Positions 43,299-52,083 of a stretch of 64,000 nt of DNA are shown piece after piece. The stretch is from positions 256,001 to 320,000 of the forward strand of contig OZ244960.1 in assembly GCA_965222605.1 (NCBI GenBank), written 5' to 3'. The stretch comes from Candidatus Latescibacterota bacterium (GTDB lineage: Bacteria > Latescibacterota > UBA2968). How positions within the stretch are numbered: position 1 is the first letter of the stretch; each line of letters begins with the position of its first letter. The notes under the pieces were generated by a model. It was not told the origin of the DNA. It was given only the letters and a program-made list of their open reading frames with translations, and made no database searches. A program made the position numbers and the translations under genes.

Positions 43299-43835
43299 TT
43301 ATCGCGATTCGATAGCTTCTTCAACCTGCAAGACATCTAATTCCACGGGTGTGTTGCGCCCAAAGATGCTAACCATCACTTTGATTTTGCTCTTTTCTGG
43401 ATTGATGTCGTCAACCAGCCCAATAAAATCGCTGAAAGGTCCATCGATCACCTTGACCCGATCGCCTACTTGATAGGGAACATCAGAGGTTTCCTCGACC
43501 GGACGACGCTCAATTTGCCCCAAAATGCGGTTCACCTCTTCTTCTCGCAGAGGTTGTGGTCTTCGGCCTGGACCGACAAAGCTCGTCACACCCGGTACAC
43601 TGGTGACAAAATAGAGAGACTCTTTGTCCATATCCAGTTCAACCAAAAGGTAACTGGGCAAAAATTTCTTGAGGGAGGTCGTTTTCCGTCCATCCTTCAT
43701 CTCGACGACTTCCTCAGTTGGCACAATCACCCGACCAATTTTGTCGCCAACATCGATGTTTTCTTTGGCGGCCTCAATATAGCTCTTGACCTTATTTTCG
43801 TGCCCAGAATAGGTGTGGACAACGTACCATTTCAT
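43299..43835 (-). CDS. nusG: Transcription termination/antitermination factor NusG
   Basis: WYVVHTYSGHENKV; KOW GDRVKVIDGPF; IFGRNTPVEL. Confidence 0.97.
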   Translation of the reverse strand: MKWYVVHTYSGHENKVKSYIEAAKENIDVGDKIGRVIVPTEEVVEMKDGRKTTSLKKFLPSYLLVELDMDKESLYFVTSVPGVTSFVGPGRRPQPLREEEVNRILGQIERRPVEETSDVPYQVGDRVKVIDGPFSDFIGLVDDINPEKSKIKVMVSIFGRNTPVELDVLQVEEAIESR

Positions 43836-43865
43836 CGGTCGAAAACTCCCTGACAAAAAATCCCG

Positions 43866-44051
43866 TTAAATCAGGATAAACGCCATAATACTCGCCAAAA
43901 AAGTATCTACAATATAAATGAATCCGGCCAGTACAAGTGACAATATAAGTACAATTATAGTCGATGATTTGAGTTCGTCACGAGTAGGCCAGGTGACCTT
44001 TCCCATTTCAACGTGCACTTCGCCGAGAAATTGACTGATTTTATCAAACAT
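43866..44051 (-). CDS. secE: Preprotein translocase SecE
   Basis: EMGKVTWPTRDEL followed by one TM helix. Confidence 0.93.
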   Translation of the reverse strand: MFDKISQFLGEVHVEMGKVTWPTRDELKSSTIIVLILSLVLAGFIYIVDTFLASIMAFILI

Positions 44052-44066
44052 AAGAAAATATAAAAA

Positions 44067-44142
44067 TGGCAGGCCAGGCAGGACTTGAACCCGCAACCGT
44101 CGGTTTTGGAGACCGATGCTCTACCAGTTGAGCTACTGACCT
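44067..44142 (-). tRNA. tRNA-Trp (CCA)
   Basis: AGGTCAGTAGCTCAACTGGTAGAGCATCGGTCTCCAAAACCGACGGTTGCGGGTTCAAGTCCTGCCTGGCCTGCCA cloverleaf. Confidence 0.96.
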
Positions 44143-44154
44143 ACCCAAAAATAA

Positions 44155-44230
<76 letters not shown>

Positions 44231-44255
44231 GTTGGGAATTCCCCACTTGAGGTTC

Positions 44256-44332
44256 TGGAGCGGGAAACGGGACTCGAACCCGCGACCCTCAGCTTGGAAG
44301 GCTGACGCTCTGGCCAACTGAGCTATTCCCGC
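44256..44332 (-). tRNA. tRNA-Gly (TCC)
   Basis: GCGGGAATAGCTCAG...CAGCCTTCCAAGCTG...GGTTCGAGTCC...TCCA. Confidence 0.96.
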
Positions 44333-44408
44333 CCGGCTATGTATAAAAAACAACCCTTTTCTGCAAAAGGGATCGGTATTGCCAAAAAATATTCTTCCGA
44401 GAATTAGC

Positions 44409-44437
44409 AAGATATGGAAAATACGGTCTAAGGTCAA
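44409..44437 (-). promoter_or_regulatory. Promoter upstream of tRNA-Gly
   Basis: TTGACC-17 bp-TATCTT. Confidence 0.55.
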
Positions 44438-44557
44438 GAGAATTTTGTATAAACTCAAACCTGTGATAGATCAACCCAAAATGGTAAGTCGGCATCTTTA
44501 ATAATGTAGGCAGGGCACGCCTGCTTTGGTATTGGAGGAAGAAACTATTGGAGATTT

Positions 44558-44643
44558 TGGTGGGGGGTGGCGGATTCGAACCACCGAAGGCATAAGCCAG
44601 CAGATTTACAGTCTGCCCCAGTTGGCCGCTTTGGTAACCCCCC
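44558..44643 (-). tRNA. tRNA-Tyr (GTA)
   Basis: GGGGGGTTACCAAAGCGG...GCAGACTGTAAATCTGC, long variable arm, GGTTCGAATCC...ACCA. Confidence 0.96.
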
Positions 44644-44661
44644 AAATTGTACAGGCTTCGA

Positions 44662-44748
44662 AAAATACCAGAAGATATTTCGATAGTCAAGACCAAAATC
44701 ACTCAGCGCCAATTGCAGATTGACAAATCTGCCTACCTTTGCTATTTT
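44662..44748. promoter_or_regulatory. Divergent promoter pair (tRNA-Tyr on minus; epimerase gene on plus)
   Basis: Minus: TTGACT(44690-44685)-17-TATTTT(44667-44662). Plus: TTGACA(44720-44725)-17-TATTTT(44743-44748). Confidence 0.6.
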
Positions 44749-44809
44749 CCGAGTTCAATTTTCCGCAGTTAATCTTCTCTTGTCAGATGCCTGTTGCGAA
44801 AGGAGCAAA

Positions 44810-45724
44810 ATGACCGACCCCATTCAAAACTATGCGCGTATTGGTATTGTTCACTTTATGGCCTATAAAGCCTGCATTGGCGGCGAGGGGCCCATTTTGG
44901 AAACCCTGGAAAAAATCGCCCTTGACCCCTATTTTCAGGTCGTTGAAGTCACCCACATGAAAGACCCGCAAGTGCGCGCACAAGCACGCGACTTGCTCAC
45001 CGCTGCCCACATGGATGTGGCTTTTGGAGCGCAACCCATTTTGCTCGGCAACCAGCTCAATATCAATGCCCCCGATATCGCCCACCGTCAAAGTGCTGTT
45101 GACGCCGTCAAAGCGGGAATTGACCAGGCCGAAGAACTTGGTGCCCCAGGGTGTGCCCTGCTTTCAGGCGTAGATCCAGGTCCCGAAGGCCGCGAAGAAG
45201 GTCTCGACCTGCTGGTAGATTCTTTGAGCCAACTCTGCGAGTATGCCGGCGAAAAAAATATGGACATTGTACTTGAAACCTTTGACCGTGTACCTTACGG
45301 GAAAAATTGTATTGTGGGACCTAACGCTCTCGCCGTTGAAGTCTCAAACCGCCTCAGACGCCAGTATCCCAATTTTGGCCTGATGCTCGATTTGAGCCAT
45401 TTCCCACTTCAGGATGAAGGCACAGTTTACGCCATCAACATCGCACGGGATCACATCGTCCACATGCATGTTGGCAATTGCGTGATGTCCAACCCCGATC
45501 ATCCGGCCTATGGCGATAACCATCCCCGCTTTGGCTGCGAAGATGGCGAAAACGATGTACCCGAAGTTGTAGAATTTCTCCGCGAACTGCTCAATATCGG
45601 TTATCTCGACCCCGATAAGCGTCCCATCCTGAGCTTTGAAGTCTCTCCGATGGAAGGAGAATCTTCGGAAATCATTATTGCCAATGCCAAGCGCGTGCTC
45701 GACGAGGCCTGGGCGCAAGTCTAA
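44810..45724 (+). CDS. Sugar phosphate isomerase/epimerase family protein (xylose-isomerase-like TIM barrel)
   Basis: IVLE, LMLDLSH, HMHVGN and SFE metal-ligand pattern; AAGGAG RBS before ATG 44810. Confidence 0.82.
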   Translation: MTDPIQNYARIGIVHFMAYKACIGGEGPILETLEKIALDPYFQVVEVTHMKDPQVRAQARDLLTAAHMDVAFGAQPILLGNQLNINAPDIAHRQSAVDAVKAGIDQAEELGAPGCALLSGVDPGPEGREEGLDLLVDSLSQLCEYAGEKNMDIVLETFDRVPYGKNCIVGPNALAVEVSNRLRRQYPNFGLMLDLSHFPLQDEGTVYAINIARDHIVHMHVGNCVMSNPDHPAYGDNHPRFGCEDGENDVPEVVEFLRELLNIGYLDPDKRPILSFEVSPMEGESSEIIIANAKRVLDEAWAQV

Positions 45725-45741
45725 ACGCGCGCTCAAACTAC

Positions 45742-45785
45742 AATAGCCGGACATTTCCTTTTCGGAAAGCCCGGCTATTTTTTAT
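45742..45785. terminator. Terminator between convergent genes
   Basis: AATAGCCGG...CCGGCTATT stem followed by a T-tract. Confidence 0.7.
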
Positions 45786-45799
45786 TAACCACGAGACGT

Positions 45800-46558
45800 T
45801 CAATTCCAATATTCACTTTGTGCAGGTGGTCCAGACCTTAATGCACTGCGAATCAACAGGCCCAAAACCCGGGTAAACACCACCATCAAAAAAAAATTAA
45901 ACATCGAAGCCAGCACCAAACCCACCCAGGACAAATGTCCCAATATCAAACTGCCGAGCAGAGATATCCCAAACAGACCAAAACACGCTTGAACGTAGTC
46001 TGCCCGAAAAATCTGGCGCAAATCCCGCCAAACAGGCCCCGGCTCAAATGCCATCCACACACGCCCGTTGGCGGCAAATCGCGTAAATACAATGGGGAAA
46101 AAACCGTGAAAAAAGATGACCATAAGTGTAAACAACAGCAACAGAGGCCCGGCTTCTTCTACAGAACTCGGTATCAAACCCAATACCGAAATCACCATTG
46201 AAAAACTCGCAAATCCAATGACGCTATATCCCAGGACAATGAGGAACAACCAAAATCCCGCTAATCCATAAGCCCACCAATTGCCCCACGAAGGCAAGTT
46301 CAGCGATTCAGTACCGTTGAGCGCATCGACAAAAATCCGGTATAAGTAACCCCAGGTAATGAACAAAAGTCCAAAGGTTACAATCAACAACACGATCCCC
46401 ATCTCAAGCCCAATTTGCCCAGTGAGAATCAGACTCAGCACCAGCGCGGGTAGCAAATTTAATACACCGCCAGGGACAATTTTTTGCCACCAGCCAGGCG
46501 CCTGAAACACAGTTCGGAGTGTGTTAAATAAAATAATGCCAAACATAGCTTTCCACAT
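45800..46558 (-). CDS. Integral membrane protein, DUF4013-like
   Basis: W..K...GG, WGY, LPSW..W...G pattern; multiple TM helices; start uncertain (46558 or 46546). Confidence 0.65.
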   Translation of the reverse strand: MWKAMFGIILFNTLRTVFQAPGWWQKIVPGGVLNLLPALVLSLILTGQIGLEMGIVLLIVTFGLLFITWGYLYRIFVDALNGTESLNLPSWGNWWAYGLAGFWLFLIVLGYSVIGFASFSMVISVLGLIPSSVEEAGPLLLLFTLMVIFFHGFFPIVFTRFAANGRVWMAFEPGPVWRDLRQIFRADYVQACFGLFGISLLGSLILGHLSWVGLVLASMFNFFLMVVFTRVLGLLIRSALRSGPPAQSEYWN

Positions 46559-46559
46559 G

Positions 46560-47753
46560 TTAGACTGCGTCGAGCGCCCGTCCAACATCGGCGACAATAT
46601 CCTCAGCGTCTTCAATTCCCACGGCATAGCGCACCAACTCATCGGCAATGCCAATTGCCAATCGATCTTCGCGCGTCAACTCGTAATACGAAATAGATGC
46701 GGGATGCGAAACGAGGCTCTCTACACCTCCCAGACTGGCCCCGATACACGGGATTTGCAAGCGGTCAATAAAATCCAGGGTACCCGCCTCATCCGCATCT
46801 AAATCAAAACTCACCAGCCCACCAAATCCACGCATCTGCGCTTTGGCAACACTGTTGTGTGGATGGCTTTCCAAACCGGGATAATACACGCGCTTTACCC
46901 GATCGTGCTTTTCCAAAAACCGCGCCAACATTAGCGCCGTTTCATTTTGCTTACCCATTCGCAGTGGAAAAGTCTTGATCCCCCGGATCAGCAAATAAGC
47001 ACAATGCGGATCAATCACCCCTCCCAAAATACCTCGATAGTCTCGAATCGCATCAACAAGGGGCGCATTACCCAGCACAGCGCCAGCCATCAAATCGTTG
47101 TGCCCTCCCAAATACTTGGTCGCCGAATGAATGACCAGATCGACGCCAAATTCGAGCGGGCGCTGGTTTAAGGGCGTGGCAAATGTGCTGTCAATAATCG
47201 TCTTTACCCGATGCCTTTTTCCAATGTCAACCAGCTTTTCGAGATCGATCACATTGAGATGTGGATTTGTCGGAGATTCGGAAATAATCACCCGCGTGTT
47301 ATCCTTGATCGCGCCTTCCAATTCGGCGTAATCACCTGCGTGAACAAATGTGGTTTCAATGCCAAATTTTTTTAACACCATCTGGCAAAATTGTGCGGTC
47401 TTGCGATAGCAGTCGTCCATAATCACCGCGTGGTGCCCGGTTGACAGCATACCCAGAAGCGTGGTTGTCACAGCACTCATACCCGACGAAAATAAAATAG
47501 CGGCCTCTGCGCCTTCCAATTCTGCCAGCTTGGATTCTGCGGCATGCTGTGTTGGATTGCCGTAGCGCCCATAGTCAATCTGTGGGTTTTTGCCCGCCAC
47601 AAACGCTTTAACCGCTTGCGTATCTTCAAATACATAAGTCGATGTCTGCACAATGGGCACTGTCAGAGATTTTCCCCAGTGTCCTCTTTCTTCACCTGCA
47701 TGTACAGCCCGTGTCCCGGAACAGGGCGCGTGCGTTTCGCACTTTTCAGACAT
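46560..47753 (-). CDS. metB: Cystathionine gamma-synthase family PLP enzyme, plant-CGS-like
   Basis: YGRYGNPT, SGMSA, DCYRKT, ESPTNP, DSTFATPLNQ and SATKYLGGHND motifs; GGAG RBS; SAM riboswitch upstream. Confidence 0.85.
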   Translation of the reverse strand: MSEKCETHAPCSGTRAVHAGEERGHWGKSLTVPIVQTSTYVFEDTQAVKAFVAGKNPQIDYGRYGNPTQHAAESKLAELEGAEAAILFSSGMSAVTTTLLGMLSTGHHAVIMDDCYRKTAQFCQMVLKKFGIETTFVHAGDYAELEGAIKDNTRVIISESPTNPHLNVIDLEKLVDIGKRHRVKTIIDSTFATPLNQRPLEFGVDLVIHSATKYLGGHNDLMAGAVLGNAPLVDAIRDYRGILGGVIDPHCAYLLIRGIKTFPLRMGKQNETALMLARFLEKHDRVKRVYYPGLESHPHNSVAKAQMRGFGGLVSFDLDADEAGTLDFIDRLQIPCIGASLGGVESLVSHPASISYYELTREDRLAIGIADELVRYAVGIEDAEDIVADVGRALDAV

Positions 47754-47764
47754 GCGCCATCTCC

Positions 47765-47827
47765 AAAAAAAAGCGGAGCCACAAAAGCTCCGCGCAGTAC
47801 GCAAAAAAACCGGACTAAAAAGCCCGG
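47765..47827 (-). terminator. Two tandem intrinsic terminators in the metB leader
   Basis: CCGGGCT/AGTCCGG + T7 (47827-47803); GCGGAGC/GCTCCGC + T8 (47793-47765). Confidence 0.75.
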
Positions 47828-47839
47828 AATTTGGAATAA

Positions 47840-47890
47840 CTTTTTAGCGACTTGTTTAAAGTGGCTGCAATATGCCGCAAATCACCACTC
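47840..47890 (-). ncRNA. SAM-II (SAM_alpha-type) riboswitch aptamer
   Basis: GAGTGGTGATTTGCGGCATATTGCAGCCACTTTAAACAAGTCGCTAAAAAG matches the recalled SAM-II pattern GUGGUGAUUU...UUGCAGCCAC..AAA.AA.UCGCUAAA; sits upstream of a Met-biosynthesis gene. Confidence 0.85.
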
Positions 47891-47909
47891 GCCATAGCTG
47901 TGTTTGAGA

Positions 47910-47938
47910 AATATAACCAAAACTCCCAACCCTGTCAA
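47910..47938 (-). promoter_or_regulatory. metB promoter abutting the thrC stop
   Basis: TTGACA-17 bp-TATATT. Confidence 0.65.
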
Positions 47939-49303
47939 CTATCGGTTGCCTTCAATCCGGTCGAGAATCGCCTTTTTGACAGCATCAACTTTGGGCGGCA
48001 ACACAACGGGTTCATTGCAGTAATGCGGACTTACGCCCCAGTCCTGTAACTGATCTCGATGATACCCGAGCTTAAACTCGGTAAACTTCAATCCGTGAGC
48101 CGTTGAAATCACAACCACGCGATCGCTTTTCTGAATCACACCCCTGTCAGCCAACTTGAACAATGCCGCGAAAGCCACCCCTGTGTGCGGGCATGCAAAC
48201 AAACCCGTGCGATCGGCACGCGCAGCCGCATCGGCCAATTCTTGCTCACTGGCTTGCTCTACGACGCCGCCAAATATTTTGAGCGTTTTGATCGCTTTTT
48301 CCCGACTCACCGGATTGCCAATTTGGATCGCACTGGCCAATGTGGGCTGTGCCTGAATCGGTTCAAAACTATCGAAATTCTTTTCAAAACTACGGTAGAG
48401 CGGATTTGCCATATTGGTCTGTGCGACTACAATACGCGGCAGCCGATCAATTAGCCCAAGTGCTTCCATTTCGAGAAAACCCTTGCCGAGCGCACTCACA
48501 TTGCCCAGATTTCCGCCGGGAATCACAACCCAATCGGGCACTTCCCAATCAAATTGCTGTACCAACTCGATGCTGATTGTTTTTTGCCCCTCTACCCGCA
48601 GTGAATTCATCGAATTGGCCAAATAGATATTTTCCTCGTGGCAAATCTCCTGCACGAGTCTCATACATCCATCAAAGTCGGTCTCCAAACTCAGCACCAG
48701 CGCACCATTGGCCAAGGGCTGCAAAAGTTGTGCAGTCGAAATTTTGTCCCTCGGCAAAAAGACCACCGACTGTATGCCCGCCGCCGCACAATACGCAGCC
48801 AATGCCGCCGAGGTGTCTCCAGTAGATGCACAGGCAACCGCAGGAATACGCGCCCCCTCAAACAGCATCTGTTTCACCATCGACACCAGCACGGTCATGC
48901 CCAAATCTTTGAATGATCCCGTATGGCTATTGCCGCATTGCTTAACCCACAAATCCTCAACCCCAATTTCTCTGCCCAAACGCTCGGCCCAAAACAGATT
49001 GCTTCCCCCTTCGTACATCGACACCACATTGTCTTCGTGAACTACGGGACAGACCAGTTCTTTTTTTCCCCATACAGAACTGCCATAAGGCCATCTCGTA
49101 GTCATATAACGCTTATCAAATAACCCGCGCCAATAACTGCTCGACTTGCGTTTGAGCACCTCCATATCGTGCGCCACTTCGAGCAACTCCCCGCACTTTG
49201 GACATGCGTAAATCACATCTGTCAACGCATATCGCCCCTCACACCCGCGAAAACACCGAAACCACGCATTGTAAGTTGTATCATTCATATTTTCGTTACG
49301 CAT
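47939..49303 (-). CDS. thrC: Threonine synthase, plant-type
   Basis: [43 protein letters not shown] and STAHGLKF motifs; start 49303 or 49288. Confidence 0.93.
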   Translation of the reverse strand: MRNENMNDTTYNAWFRCFRGCEGRYALTDVIYACPKCGELLEVAHDMEVLKRKSSSYWRGLFDKRYMTTRWPYGSSVWGKKELVCPVVHEDNVVSMYEGGSNLFWAERLGREIGVEDLWVKQCGNSHTGSFKDLGMTVLVSMVKQMLFEGARIPAVACASTGDTSAALAAYCAAAGIQSVVFLPRDKISTAQLLQPLANGALVLSLETDFDGCMRLVQEICHEENIYLANSMNSLRVEGQKTISIELVQQFDWEVPDWVVIPGGNLGNVSALGKGFLEMEALGLIDRLPRIVVAQTNMANPLYRSFEKNFDSFEPIQAQPTLASAIQIGNPVSREKAIKTLKIFGGVVEQASEQELADAAARADRTGLFACPHTGVAFAALFKLADRGVIQKSDRVVVISTAHGLKFTEFKLGYHRDQLQDWGVSPHYCNEPVVLPPKVDAVKKAILDRIEGNR

Positions 49304-49361
49304 TATGACAAAACCCAGCACAAATGCACCAAACTCGCCAACACTACCACATATCACAGAG

Positions 49362-49622
49362 TTATTCTAATGGAGCTATTTTGCCTGGATCCTCTAAATC
49401 TTGTACTCTTTCCCAGGCTACCCGCAATTCCGCTTGATGCAAAGACGCCCAGCGAAGCACAAGTCGTTGCTCTCTTGTCGGTAAGAATCCTTTTAGTATT
49501 TCAAGAGTTTCAATTCCGATAACAGCCTGATTACCACCATACAGTGCGTGAAAATGCGCTGGCGGATGTTCTCTAAAATGAATTTGGATAATAATTCCGT
49601 AAAAGCGACAAAGTTCAGGCAT
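49362..49622 (-). CDS. DUF4160 family protein (DhiT-like toxin)
   Basis: [12 protein letters not shown]...[10 protein letters not shown]...WA..HQ.EL...W. Confidence 0.85.
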   Translation of the reverse strand: MPELCRFYGIIIQIHFREHPPAHFHALYGGNQAVIGIETLEILKGFLPTREQRLVLRWASLHQAELRVAWERVQDLEDPGKIAPLE

Positions 49623-49899
49623 TCTCAATCGCAACTTGTGCGCCCGGCATCACTTCGTCCACAGACTTGCCCGTGAGTTCCATATATAGCGCGTCAGAAC
49701 AAATATCCAGATCATCGCCCCAAGCTATTGCACCTCCTTCTGCCACTCGCACAGCTTCGAAGAATGCGCGGTCATTCCAGGCTGCAAACACGCCACGTCC
49801 AGCCATATCTGATAAGTCTATCTGACCCTCAATTCCATCCGAATAGCGCACCCAGATGCAATAACCATCACGCGGTTCCACTGCAATTGGTCGTATCAT
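49615..49899 (-). CDS. DUF2442 family protein (DhiA-like antitoxin)
   Basis: V.P..GY.IWV.YSDG..G..DL...GVF...F..V...IAW...DI..DALY. Confidence 0.85.
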   Translation of the reverse strand: MIRPIAVEPRDGYCIWVRYSDGIEGQIDLSDMAGRGVFAAWNDRAFFEAVRVAEGGAIAWGDDLDICSDALYMELTGKSVDEVMPGAQVAIENA

Positions 49900-49925
49900 T
49901 GCACTTCTCCTTTTGCTACCGTGTC

Positions 49926-49974
49926 AATTATCCCAACAAACAAAAGTGTAGCAACAACGCGATTTTGTCAACCG
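49926..49974 (-). repeat. 49-bp promoter-like repeat, copy 1
   Basis: AATTATCCCAACAAACAAAAGTGTAGCAACAACGCGATTTTGTCAACCG; near-identical copy at 50667-50715. Confidence 0.8.
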
Positions 49975-50050
49975 CATCAAACGTTTTTTTGTAATTGGTC
50001 ACCTCGCACAGAGTTGTCCATGCACTTAACCAATGGTTACAAGGTTTCTC

Positions 50051-50302
50051 CTATTTATGCCACATTTCTTTTCGGACTTCAGCTATATATCGAGCGGTTA
50101 TTGGCGTTATCTGATCCCACAGGCCTTCGGGATTAAAGAGCTTGCCTTGATCAGATTCAGACGAACCTGGTGCATTTGCCATAGGAACGAGTTGAAAGGC
50201 CGAACCATCTTCCTGCGTAATAACCACTTTCTCCCCATTGGCCGCTTCTTTGACCAATGCAGCAAGACAGTTTTCCGCTTCTGTAAGATCAATTTTGTGC
50301 AT
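50051..50302 (-). CDS. Phd/YefM-like antitoxin, no adjacent toxin
   Basis: MHKIDLTEA...L..LV..A..GEKVVIT...LVP pattern; start 50302 or 50326. Confidence 0.65.
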   Translation of the reverse strand: MHKIDLTEAENCLAALVKEAANGEKVVITQEDGSAFQLVPMANAPGSSESDQGKLFNPEGLWDQITPITARYIAEVRKEMWHK

Positions 50303-50380
50303 GTTTTTCGCCCCTTTGGTGTTCATTATTGCTTCTAACGACTGAGCGCAGTTCTCATGTGATTTTAGCAGAGGGGATGA

Positions 50381-50641
50381 CTATAGATTCCTGGCACTGG
50401 AAATATCCTTTGCCAATTCTTCTGCAGTAAGATTGATAGGGGATGCCTGGTAGGACTTTAAAGCATCTAAGAACACAACGCGCTCCATGCCCGCAAACCG
50501 AGCCGCCTGGCCCGATGACAAACGTCCGAGTTCAAACAGTTTGACGGCGATGAGCATTCGGCCTTGTTCGGCGAATTGTTCAGGCGTTTCACTGAGGGTC
50601 TGCAGAATATCATCTGGACATTCAAATGTGACTTTTAACAT
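50381..50641 (-). CDS. UPF0175 family protein (antitoxin-like), no adjacent toxin
   Basis: AVKLFELGRLSSGQAARFAGM.R..FL...EL..D. Confidence 0.85.
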   Translation of the reverse strand: MLKVTFECPDDILQTLSETPEQFAEQGRMLIAVKLFELGRLSSGQAARFAGMERVVFLDALKSYQASPINLTAEELAKDISSARNL

Positions 50642-50666
50642 GTGCGCTCCGTTCTATCCATATTTG

Positions 50667-50715
50667 AATTACCCTTACAAACAAAAGTGTAGCAACAACG
50701 CCATTTTGTCAACCG
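50667..50715 (-). repeat. 49-bp promoter-like repeat, copy 2
   Basis: AATTACCCTTACAAACAAAAGTGTAGCAACAACGCCATTTTGTCAACCG. Confidence 0.8.
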
Positions 50716-50820
50716 GATTTCAAAACATTATCAGGATGTGCAGAGCCTGCACTGGAAGGATTTTATCCAGTGATGTAAGGATAGACAGCCCACCCGCCCA
50801 GGCCCCCCAGCCGAAACCCT

Positions 50821-51046
50821 TGTCAGAATCAGGATGGGCAGGATGTAAGGATGGGCAGGATACCCGCCCGCCCCCCAAGCCACCCATTCAAAACCCATCC
50901 CACACATGCTGTCACAGCCTTGCCCTTTTTATAGCAAAACACCCTGCCCTCAAACTTGCAAACACAGCGAGTCAAAGCACCGCCTTTCATCCTGTTCATC
51001 TTCTCATCCTGTTCATCTTCTCATCCTGTAAATCCTGATTCAGACA
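50821..51046. mobile_element. Non-coding MITE/REP-like element with CAGGATG iterons
   Basis: Terminal inverted repeats TGTCAGAATCAGGAT / ATCCTGATTCAGACA (14/15); internal (A)GGATG arrays; 17-bp tandem TCATCCTGTTCATCTTC x2. Confidence 0.6.
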
Positions 51047-51084
51047 GTGGTTACCCATTCGTAAGCCGGTCAGCTATTGCCATT

Positions 51085-52008
51085 TCACCGCAGTTTAAGA
51101 ATCGTTTGAATAAGGGCAAAAAGCCGATGAAAGAGATAATCGACATGTTCACTTCTGGCGAGTCGCTCTTGATTCCTTTCGGAATGGCGTATTTGAAAGT
51201 GATTGCCTATCCTCGTTAGTTCGTTGGCCTCCCTCTCCAATGCTTCTCGGAACTTAGGAGAGGATGAGCCAGCAGTTTGGTCAAGAAGAGACTTGATTTG
51301 CGTCTTCTTATCTGACCCATCGCCCAACGTCTTTAGTCTCTCCCACGCATCCCACAGGGAGTCTAAGGCTTCGCGCCGTATCGCCTCGTTGGGATTGATA
51401 AATTTGCACCGCGCTGTTTCTAACATACGATCAAGGTCGGCATCGCCTGTGTGAGACTGAGCCGAAGCAAGTTCCTCACGTAGTTCTATAGGCACAAGTC
51501 GTTCGATATGACCGTGCTCTGTCAGTTCGTAGGCGAGACCGTTACAGCGAAATATCCGATTGATATCATCTCGAAATACGTCTTGGCCTGCCTCGATATC
51601 GAAGTCCAGATGCTGGTGTTTAAAATGCTTGTGATATTCTTGTCGAATGGGCTTGCCAATACACCGCCAGCAGAACTCAATCATGTCGAGGATATCCAGG
51701 GTTCGCTGCGGCTTTTCGTTCCAAGGATGGTACTCCTGCTCCTGCAAATTTGGGATATCGGCTCGCATGGCCTGTTCAAACGCACCCTCATTGGTGCCTG
51801 TGATTCCTCCACCGTCAGGGCAGATTGTTGGATAGCTTGTACCAAATGAACCGTCACCAATCCGTGCCTGAATAAGTGCTTGGATACCGCCCCATGCATT
51901 GTCGCCGATTTCCTCGTTCTCTCGGGAAATTTCCCCCTCTTCTCGCTCACTAAAATATGTCATGGGGGTAGGCTCCTTTATCCCGAATATATCCTTAAAT
52001 TTAGGCAT
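51085..52008 (-). CDS. AbiJ-like abortive-infection protein (NTD4-type N-terminus, HEPN-like C-terminus)
   Basis: YFSERE N-terminal motif; ILDMIEF; INRIF....AYEL; LWDAWERLKT...GNHFQIRH. Confidence 0.65.
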   Translation of the reverse strand: MPKFKDIFGIKEPTPMTYFSEREEGEISRENEEIGDNAWGGIQALIQARIGDGSFGTSYPTICPDGGGITGTNEGAFEQAMRADIPNLQEQEYHPWNEKPQRTLDILDMIEFCWRCIGKPIRQEYHKHFKHQHLDFDIEAGQDVFRDDINRIFRCNGLAYELTEHGHIERLVPIELREELASAQSHTGDADLDRMLETARCKFINPNEAIRREALDSLWDAWERLKTLGDGSDKKTQIKSLLDQTAGSSSPKFREALEREANELTRIGNHFQIRHSERNQERLARSEHVDYLFHRLFALIQTILKLR

Positions 52009-52083
52009 GATATTATCATCCTCGTTGATCTGTTTTCTGCAATAACACTGTGAACAATTTTAGATGTCACCAAGAGGCACGAT

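Noticed and set aside
15278-43853. Numerous plus-strand and alternate-frame ORFs over the ribosomal superoperon
   Set aside because: Shadows of highly conserved genes, with no recognisable motifs.
47815-47895. 26-aa leader peptide attenuator upstream of metB
   Set aside because: No Met/Cys/Thr enrichment; the same sequence is better explained by the SAM-II aptamer.
50720-51046. CRISPR array
   Set aside because: Repeats are short, tandem or inverted, with no unique spacers of regular length and no cas genes.
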